In this document: positions 54,945-64,000 of the stretch, piece after piece
Position numbering within the stretch: position 1 is the stretch's first letter
Layout of the letters: the number at the start of each line of letters is the position of its first letter
Source of the DNA: Octopus vulgaris
Lineage: Eukaryota
Reading direction: 5' to 3'
DNA length: 64,000 nucleotides
Assembly: GCA_951406725.2 (NCBI GenBank)
Contig: OX597827.1
Span: 67,580,001-67,644,000, forward strand
Notes under the pieces: model-generated
Database searches by the model: none
What the model saw: the letters and a program-made list of their open reading frames with translations, nothing else
What the model was told of the DNA's origin: nothing
Program-made: the position numbers and the translations under genes

Positions 54945-55530
54945 CTCTGAGTTCAAATTCCGCCGAGGTCGACTTTACCTTTCATCCTTTCGGGGTCGAT
55001 AAATTAAGTACCAGTTACGAACTGGGGTCGATGTAATCGACTTAATACCTATGTCTGTCCTTGTTTGTCCTCTCTGTGTTTAGCCCCTTGTGGGTAATAA
55101 AGAAATAGGTTAACAACTAACTGTTGAAATTTAATACTTTTATACTCTAGGGCTGGCAGAAACGTTAGCACGCCGGGCGAAATGCTTCGCGGCATTTCGC
55201 CTGCCGTTACGTTCTGAGTTCAAATTCCGCCGAGGTCGACTTTGCCTTTCATCCTTTCGGGGTGGTTTTAAAAATAAATACCAGTTACGCACTGTCCTTG
55301 TTTATCCTCTGTGTTTAGCCCCTTGTGGGTAGTAAAGAAATAGAAATAGGTATTTCGTCTGCCGTTACGTTCTGAGTTCAAATTCCGCCGAGGTCGACTT
55401 TGCTTTTAATCCTTCCGTGGTCGATTAAACAAGTACCATTACGCACTGGGGTTGATGTAATCGACTTAAAACCTTTGTCTGTTCTTGTTTGTATCCTCTA
55501 TGTTTAGCCCCTTGTGGGCAATAAGAAATA
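54945..55530 (+). mobile_element. Three tandem Meta-domain-like SINE copies
   Basis: TCTGAGTTCAAATTCCGCCGAGGTCGACTTT...GTTTAGCCCCTTGTGGG at about 54945, 55213 and 55370. Confidence 0.85.
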
Positions 55531-55911
55531 AATATTTTTCTCTTCATTATACTTGCCTTATATTTAATTTTCTTCCAACTATAATTTCCTCATTTTATAT
55601 ATTTATTTTCTTCTCTCGGTTCATTCACCTCTTTGTTTCTATTATATTACATCTATCGACTTTCAATCATTTAACACTGCCAACATATATATTTATCTGT
55701 TACATATATTTTTATAATTTATATTTAGTTTATTTTATTCCTTCCTATTGGCGCAAGCATGGATGTGTAGTTAAAAAGCTTGCAGTGTAATCAAGTGGTT
55801 TCGTGTTCAGGCCGACTGCACGGCAGCGTGGACAAGTGTCGTCTACTATAGCCCCGGTCAGACGTAAGCCTTGTGTATGAATGTGGAAGTCGAAACCTGA
55901 AGGAAGCCTGC

Positions 55912-55953
<42 letters not shown>

Positions 55954-56419
55954 TGTGCGTGTGTGTGTATTTGACCACGTGTGTCTGTGTGGGAGTGGAG
56001 GTGTTGGGGTAGAGTTGAGGTGGTGTGGGATGGTGTGTGTGGGCGTGTCTGTGCGTGTACGGTGTGTGTGTGGGGTGCGTGTGCCCGTGTATAGGAGTGT
56101 GGATTGTGGTGGGTGTCTGTGCGTGTATGTGCGTGTGTGCGTGTGTGTGTGTCTGTATGTCGGTGTTTGTAGGAGACTGCGTATGTCTGTGGAGGAGTTA
56201 GAGTGGAGCAGAAGTGCGGCGTGTTGTGGGATGCGTGTGTCTGTGTGTGGGAGTGGAGGTTGGGTTGGGGGTGGGGTTGAGGTGTCTGAGCGTGTGTTTT
56301 CGTGTGTGTATGTGAGTGCGTGTGCGATAGGGAGAGCGAAAGGGAGATAGAGTTTTGGTGTTTGACTTTGTCCCCTACTCCCGCTACTTGACAATCAGTG
56401 TTGGCATGCTTAAAAATAA

Positions 56420-56875
56420 ATGCGCCCTTTTAAAGGCTAGCCAGGCTCTTGGGCTCGGTTTCTCAGTTTCAGAGGCGTATGTGTTCCCCAGCTGGACGGG
56501 ACGCCATTCCATCGCAGCGTTACTCATTTTTGCCAGCTGAGTGGACTGGAGCAACGTGAAATGAAGTGTTCTGCTCAGGAACACAACGCGTCGCCCGGTC
56601 CAGGAATCGAAACCACAATCTTACGATCATGGTACTGACACGCTAACCCAGTGCTTTTCAACCTTTTTGCTGGAGCGGAACCCCCAAGAAAACATTTCAC
56701 TGGCTTGAGGAACCCTTGTGCAATAATTTAATTGTCTTATGCACACATATCTGCACAGGAGAATTAAAAATTACTGTCGATTTTAGCATTTTTGTAACTT
56801 CTTACGGAACCCCTAAGGTTCCGCAGAACCCTGGTTGAAAACCACTGCGCTAACCACTAAGCCACGCACCTCCAC
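56420..56875 (-). mobile_element. tRNA-derived SINE (same family as 52640-52908) interrupted by a hAT MITE
   Basis: Collinear with 52640-52908 once 56649-56855 is removed. Confidence 0.8.
56649..56847. mobile_element. hAT (Charlie-like) MITE
   Basis: TIR CAGTGCTTTTCAACC / GGTTGAAAACCACTG; perfect 8-bp TSD CGCTAACC; subterminal GGAACCC repeats. Confidence 0.9.
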
Positions 56876-57489
56876 TGTTGGCTTACTTATATCCGACAAA
56901 ATCAGCATCTCGCTTTGCAGAACGATACACCAAGTACCAAGCCTAAAAATTAATAAATATATAAATAAATAAATAAATAAATAAATACCGATGTCAATTT
57001 GTACGACTAAAACCCTTCAAGGCACTGCCCCGGCATGGCCACAGTCAAATAACTGAAAAAAAGTAAAAAATACAAAACCACAATCAACAGTTTAACGTAG
57101 CTCTTTCTATTGAATTAACAAGTCCGATTGCTCCCTTGGCAGTTTTAACTCAAATTAGCCATTCTGCTTATGTTTTATTTTCTATACAACAAACACCACC
57201 AGCGTTTTTTCATTGTTATATTTTTCATTCATTTCAAATCTTCTGTTCTTAGAGATTATAAATAATTCATTCAGCCTGTGTTATTTTTCACCCTTTCTTT
57301 TTTATATAGGCGATGTTTGTTTTTTTATTAATCAATTGCTTCTTTCTATAAATTTCATCTACGTTTCCTCCGCTACCTTTCTTCTCCCGCGTGTATTTAC
57401 GGGGTGCTCATAAATTATATTTACGTCGTCCACTATTTTCTGTATCTACTAAAGTTGAGATTCGAAGAAGCTCAGGTAGAAACGATCTC

Positions 57490-57691
57490 TTTACTCTTTA
57501 CTCTCTTTTACTTGTTTCAGTCATTTGACTGTGGCCATGCTGGAGCACCGCCTTTTTTTAGTCGAGCATCGACCCCCAGGACTTATTCTTTGTAAGCCTA
57601 GTACTTATTCTATCGGTCTCTTTTGCCGAACCACTAAGTTATGGAGACGTAAACACACCAGCATCGGTTGTCAAGTGATGTTGGGGGACAA

Positions 57692-57740
<49 letters not shown>

Positions 57741-57930
57741 AATATATATATATACATACATATATATACGACGAACTTCTTTCAGTTTCCGTCTGCCAAA
57801 TCCACACACTAGGCTTTGGTCAGCCCGAGGCTATAGTAGAAGACACTTGCCCAAGGTGCCATGCAGTGGGACAGAACATGGAACCATGTGGATCGTAAGC
57901 AAGCTACTTACCACACAGCCACTCCTACGC
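57490..57930 (-). mobile_element. Family A SINE
   Basis: Reverse complement of 17268-17682. Confidence 0.85.
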
Positions 57931-58469
57931 CAAGGAGTGATAGTTTTAATATAACTTTGCCAATGTTTTCCAAGAAACACTCTTTCCTGAATATTTCAAT
58001 TTCTAAAGGTAACTTATGGACACACTATATATTTATTGACTCCTCGTGATTGTCTCAATGTTTTCTAATTTAACCCTTGGTGGACTGACATAGTTTTAAA
58101 ATCTACCGCATTCTGATTGATAAGTATTTCCACTAAGCCACAATCGCTCTTTCTCGTTACCATTTGAACACCATATTCTTCATCAATTTGTTTTCATCAG
58201 CTTTTGAATTCCTTTATTTTTGGCACCACTGTTAACTTCCTTAATATTTCTTTTACTATTGATCATCCCCTTCCTCAGCTTCACCACATCCAGCTTCCAA
58301 ATCTTACGGCTCCCACTTCTACCTCGGCTTCATCACCTCCACACCCTACTGTCAATTTCTTCACCACGGCCATCTCAGTAGTGGCGACCAGGATTTCGAA
58401 ATAAATTCTCAATATAGAGCCCAACACTTCAGTTGAAACGGATATCAACCACCCTAGTTAGGCCCTAGT

Positions 58470-58542
<73 letters not shown>

Positions 58543-59972
58543 GACGCAGCCGTTATTTTGACTATATCTTCACCCTCATCACACGCGCCCGTTCCACCAA
58601 CAACTGCCTTCATTTTCCTCTATATACTCCATACCACTCGGTCGGTCCACTTTAACATTAAACTGACCATATTCTACGCGTTTTATGTTCAAACCAGGTA
58701 GATCCAGCCTCTCCCATCCACCCTTACAATATCATTCTAAATTAACAAAATCATCGAAAACTTGAAGCTACAAAAGGATGCATGATTAATTCAAAATAAT
58801 GCGAATAAGCATTATATTTGAGTAACCTGAACGCTAAAGGGGGATTAGTACACGTGTTTCTGGTATACTCAGCCACTTATATGCGAATCCAATAAGCTTC
58901 ACAGTTCAGTTGATTGAACAACTGCAAACTCAAAATTGTAAATTTTGACTGAAATCTTTGTTAATATATTAATGTCGTGATTGTAATAAATGAGAAGATA
59001 TAACAATAAAGATCATAACATATGCATATTGCGGGCCTCTAATATGAACCCACGAATTCCCGCGCTTTCTAGAACCCCATCCTTCATCCCCTTTACGTTT
59101 CTTGTAACCTACGTTACATACAAATCCGCGAGTACTTCCCATCCGGCGCACCCTACTAGGATCTTTTCTTTGTCCTTTCCTTTGCAGTGACACCTTATTT
59201 TCTTCTTCATCACCAACCATTCATTCCAAATAGCAAGTTCCTTCATTTGCACTTCTACCAATCTTATCGTCTGCTTTAAGTACTTCTGCAACTCAATATA
59301 TCGGACTGATTGGTCGACACACTCGTCTCAAAGTTTTATTCCACAACTTCGCGATGTCCGTCCAAGTAAGGAATTTCCCGCTGTTCACTATTTCCAAAAA
59401 TTGGATCTCTTTGTGTTCAGCGTAATCTAATGCAGCTCTTCACTGTTCTCTCGTCTCCTGCTCAAATGGGAACTCACTATCAGTTTTCAAATATATACAC
59501 ATGATACCTAATAAATCAACGACTTTGCTTTAAGACGTACATCATCAACTAACTTCACTTCTCTCTCGAGCGCACTCATACACACAGTAACAACAACATG
59601 TATCTAAGTTCACAAACAAAATAAGACTTTTTAAAGAAGATTTATAAAACTAGATTTTAAATATCGAATGGCTCTGGAGGTCTACCCGAATAAAATAGTA
59701 ATCAAAGGGTTACGCAGATTAAAAAAAAATTGTTGTAAACCCCTCTACTAGATTATGTCTTCGATTTTGCTTCGTAGTTTAAAAATATAATATAATTGTT
59801 ATATATTTCGATTTCCATTTCATTCTACAGTTAAAGTGTTACACAGAACAAAGACGAATATTGCTAAATAAAACAATTATAAAATGTATAGAAATAATAA
59901 ACAGCAAAACGAACGCGTTTACCACACTTTTAATCCTTGAATACCATATATTGTAAATATTTATAAGTGGAA

Positions 59973-60164
59973 TTAATATTGCTTGGTCATATCTTCTTTA
60001 TCTTTTCCGTGTTTTAAAGATTTTAATAAATTCTTGTCAAATATGTATTGACCCAGAGTATATTGATCATCGGAAAACATTTCCAGCTGCCGGACATAGT
60101 CACCAAGGATTTTAATGGTATCAACTTGCTCGTCCAGATATTCGTTTTCAATGAAGTGGTTCAA
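59973..60164 (-). CDS. Ferritin-like gene (yolk/secreted-type), terminal coding exon
   Basis: Encodes LNHFIENEYLDEQVDTIKILGDYVRQLEMF...LGQYIFDKNL, matching the ferritin helix D/E pattern (F-E-x-x-YL-x-EQV-x-x-IK-x-LGDY...LGEY-x-FDK). Preceded on the minus strand by acceptor ttctttatttaaAG (60165-60166); ends in TAA. Confidence 0.85.
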   Translation of the reverse strand: MNHFIENEYLDEQVDTIKILGDYVRQLEMFSDDQYTLGQYIFDKNLLKSLKHGKDKEDMTKQY

Positions 60165-60410
60165 CTTTAAATAAAGAATAAATAGGAAAAAATTTAAAAT
60201 TGAAAGACAAAAAAAAAAGCCATCTTTTTATCTATTTACATGAAAACTGGTCGATCGATTTATGAATTGTATTTTTCTTCTTATGATAGCCTCCATTCAA
60301 CGAGTAATGAATGCTCGATGTGGTAGCTTGTCTCACAAACCAGCGTGAAGCATCTGTATTTACGTCGGCATACAACAAACACGGTGCTGTACAAATGTCT
60401 ATTGTTCATC

Positions 60411-60792
60411 GTGGAGGCGCAATGGCCCAGTGGTTAGGGCAGCGGACTCGCGGTCGGAGGATCGCGGTTTCGATTCCCAGACCGGGCATTGTGAGTGTTT
60501 ATTGAGCGAAAACACCTAAAAGCTCCACGAGGCTCCGGCAGGGGATGGTGGTGATCCCTGCTGTACTCTTTCACCACAACTTTCTCTCGCTCTTTCTTCC
60601 TGTTTCTCTTGTACCTGTATTTCAAAGGGCCAGCCTTGTCACACTCTGTGTCACGCTGAATCTCCTCGAGAACTACGTTAAGGGTACACGTGTCTGTGGA
60701 GTGCTCAGCCACTTGCACGTTAATATCACGAGCAAGCTGTTCCGTTGATCGTATCAGCTGGGACCCTCATCGTCGCAACCGACGGAGTGCTC
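60411..60792 (+). mobile_element. Full-length family B SINE in the ferritin intron
   Basis: 12-bp TSD CTATTGTTCATC; A box TGGCCCAGTGG and B box GTTTCGATTCC. Confidence 0.9.
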
Positions 60793-61408
60793 CTATTGTT
60801 CATCAAATGTGTTGACTTTAATTACAAAACCGCTAGAGCATCGAACAGGAAGTATTAGCACTGTGAGTTCAAATTGCACCGAGGCCAAAATAGATATCGT
60901 TTCAGTAACAGATGAAAAGCATCCAGTAGTAAAGGTAGAATTGCTTGATCATGATTTCCGTGTCTCTGAACATAGTCAGTAGCGTGCATCCATTATCAAC
61001 CGCATTATCAACCGAATTTATTAAATAAATTCGGCTTCTACTGGTATGGAAAAACAGTAATTAACAAATCACTGGTGACGCAAATAGTTGGCGGGTTGAG
61101 TAAAAATTTATTATTAGCGATGGAAGCAAGATTTGTCCAGACCAGATTGCAGGAAATCCTATTCAACTTGAATATAATGTAGAAATTCAGACACCGGCAA
61201 TATATTTCTTGAAAAAGCTTCTCATACGCACTTATAGCGCTAAAATGCATCAGCGGATGGTTGCTAGTAATGACGTGAAAATAACACCTCGTCGTGATTT
61301 AGAAATTCTACCACCATTGCAGGACGACTTTTCTCTACTATCGATCGATACACTTCGGTGCTTTTAAGTGCTATATGTGGAAATAAGATACTATACATGT
61401 ATATATAC

Positions 61409-61491
<83 letters not shown>

Positions 61492-61507
61492 CACAAATAT
61501 ATATATG

Positions 61508-61573
<66 letters not shown>

Positions 61574-61714
61574 GTATGGTGAATTTATGAAATGAAGTCC
61601 CATAAATTTTGTTAAAAATGGAAGAGACAAGTTATTAAAATTTATAAGAAGTTTAAGTCTTATTATATGTATATAAATATATGTATATATATATATATGC
61701 ATGTAGTATATATG

Positions 61715-61868
<154 letters not shown>

Positions 61869-62098
61869 GTAATGGCTTCTCACATAGGTGCAAGCTCATC
61901 CGCTGAGTAGGGCAAAGAGCATAGGCGTTTAATACAGAATCCTATACACGCCTATCTCTAATTTCATTGGTTGAGAGGGGAGTAAAGATTACAAATTTTC
62001 AACACGTAAAGGGACATATTTAAATTTGAATGAAATTTTACTTAACAATCTACTGTTACATACACACACTAACAAATGCACTCATACGATAACAATTA

Positions 62099-62157
<59 letters not shown>

Positions 62158-62316
62158 ATACATATTCGAATCTCCAAAACCGAGCTGACCATTGCACAAA
62201 GTAGCGTCTTTAACATATCATAAGACTACTATACGAACTATTATAAGGGTGCATATTATACACGATATTTTAATGTAAACTAAAAGGAAATAGAAAAGGG
62301 GAAAAGGATGGTTCAC

Positions 62317-62409
62317 CTGAAAGTCATCTTCTGCGATAATTCCTTCCAGACTTTGACTCACGATCTTCTCCAAAGCTAAAGCATCTTGAAAAGCTAATAA
62401 CCCATGTTT
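62317..62409 (-). CDS. Ferritin-like gene, penultimate coding exon (helix C)
   Basis: 93 bp, 31 codons KHGLLAFQDALALEKIVSQSLEGIIAEDDFQ (ferritin GLxA-x-x-x-AL-x-LEK-x-V-x-x-SL motif). Acceptor tatactcttatatttcacAG and donor CAG|GTGAAC; phase-0 join to the 60164 exon keeps the frame. Upstream exons were not identified in the window. Confidence 0.8.
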
Positions 62410-62709
62410 CTGTGAAATATAAGAGTATATAATACAATACGAATATCGGTGTATCTTTCCTCTGAATGTCACCATAAGAGTCAAAAAAATGTATGACACA
62501 TCGTAAAATTTGTCCCTCGTGAAGAAGAGTTTTATAACATCATAAAACTCCTAAGTTCTTTCTTCAAATTAATTCATTTTCACTTTTTTATAAATTCCCA
62601 CAGGAATCAGTGTTGCAGCTATAAATTTCATACAAAGTATCGCGAAATTATTAATATGTAATTATTATTTGATTTTGATGTTCACCGTGTTTTCTAAAGA
62701 GTTTATTTA

Positions 62710-62825
62710 AAATTGGACAAAAAGTCGTTGGACAGAAATATCGTCTGGCGTAAAGACGTCCGACCAAATGGCGTGGACGAAGTGACGTTGGACAAAGTGA
62801 CATGGGACGAAAAATTGGGTCATGA
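62710..62825. mobile_element. DNA transposon terminus with ~15-bp subterminal repeats
   Basis: Repeated GGAC(A/G)AA...(C/G)T motifs (ggacaaaaagtcgtt, ggacgaagtgacgtt, ggacaaagtgacatg) ending at a (TA)n tract; superfamily unknown. Confidence 0.45.
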
Positions 62826-62842
62826 TATATATATATATACAT

Positions 62843-62915
<73 letters not shown>

Positions 62916-62937
62916 CATACATACATATATATTAATA

Positions 62938-63047
62938 GGCGTAGGAGTGGCTGTGTGGTAAGTAGCTTGCTTACCAACCACATGGTCTCGGGTCGACCAA
63001 AGCCTTCTGAGTGAATTTGGTAGACGGAAACTGAAAGAAGCCTGTCG

Positions 63048-63112
<65 letters not shown>

Positions 63113-63285
63113 CTTTGTGTGTCTGTGTTTGTCCCCCCAACATCGCTTTACCACCGATGCTGGTGTGTTTACGTCCCCGTAACTGATAGAATAAGTACTA
63201 GGCTTACAAAGATTATGTCCTGGGGTCGATTTGCTTGACTAAAGGCGGTGCTCCAGCATAACCACAGTCAAATGACTGAAATAAG
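62938..63285 (+). mobile_element. Family A SINE, internally deleted
   Basis: Head GGCGTAGGAGTGGCTGTGTGGTAAG; tail GGCGGTGCTCCAGCAT. Confidence 0.8.
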
Positions 63286-64000
63286 CAGAAGATGTTGGGA
63301 TGTTGGTGGGGTGGATGTTGATGTGGGTGTGGGATGGAGGAATGGGCTAGAGTTGTGGGTGTGTGGTGTGGGTGGGGATGGTATCAGTGAAGAGAGAAGG
63401 TGGCTAAGAGTGAAGAGACGTGTATTTTAAGGGTCCCTGAAAAGAAAATTTGATTTAGATGTTTGCATTGGTATATATTGCAAAACACAGCTGGGTTTCT
63501 TTCTCTAACATTTTACATATATCAACCTTCACAATCTAATGCGTGAAAAAACGATGAAAATTCGATAAAGTTTCTATAAAGCTAGTTTTTAAACATCGAA
63601 TGTCAGTGGGGGTCCATTAGAATAAAATGGTAATCAAAGGGTCCACAGATAAAAATAAATGGTTGAGAACCCCTTGTTTAGTTAGTTGATTAGTTTGTTT
63701 GTTTGTTTCTTTCTTTCTTTCTTTCCTTCTTTCTTTCTTTCTTTCTTTGCTGGTTGGTTGGTTTGTTGGTTGGTTGTTTTAGGTCTTTTCTGTCAGACTC
63801 AATAACAAAATAAGATAGCGTTATGTCACGTGATAAATAGAAAGTAAATACATGGTTATTTATCACCTAGTTTGATATATCTAGATTGACAAAATAGAAA
63901 TGAGATTATATTTTTTTTCGTATACAGTCAGTATTTGGGCTGGCTTTGCACAAAGAACAACAGGACACCGACCACCGTCTTGAACAGCAATTCATTTTCT

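Noticed and set aside
58960-59580. Short ORFs in a moderately complex region
   Set aside because: No recognisable motif; probably an old LINE remnant but unassignable.
60411-60485. Functional tRNA gene
   Set aside because: It is a SINE head with a TSD and multiple dispersed copies.
60991-61034. 12-bp duplication plus 11-bp palindrome in the ferritin intron as an IRE
   Set aside because: No CAGUGN loop, intronic and AT-rich; probably a repair scar.
62410-62550. In-frame extension upstream of the ferritin exon
   Set aside because: No ferritin similarity, and a strong acceptor sits at 62410-62411; treated as intron.
63920-64000. Possible further ferritin exon at the window edge
   Set aside because: No frame gives a clear ferritin motif or a compatible donor; cannot be supported.

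Overview
AT-rich, extremely microsatellite-dense eukaryotic (animal) genomic DNA. The repeat content (tRNA-derived SINEs, TAA-targeting RLE LINEs, huge TA/TAA/TAGA tracts) suggests a cephalopod, probably Octopus; this is an inference. Only two host genes are supportable. One is an intronless alpha-2-adrenergic-like aminergic GPCR (7013-9058, +). The other is the last two exons of a divergent, yolk/secreted-type ferritin (59973-60164 and 62317-62409, -). The rest is mobile-element debris: Dong/R4-like, CRE-like and Tx1/L1-like LINE fragments, two copies of a non-autonomous Helitron, mariner/Tc1 deletion derivatives (one a fold-back), hAT- and Merlin-like MITEs with 8-bp TSDs, and several modular SINE families. 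The most interesting signals are: (1) a tRNA-headed element carrying a minimal Penelope-type hammerhead ribozyme (SINE/retrozyme hybrid), with further hammerhead-like relics elsewhere; (2) a 30-bp satellite generated from the exact terminus of a TAA-targeting element; (3) a MITE carrying telomeric repeats; (4) the atypical ferritin. Nearly all other ORFs in the track are microsatellite artefacts.
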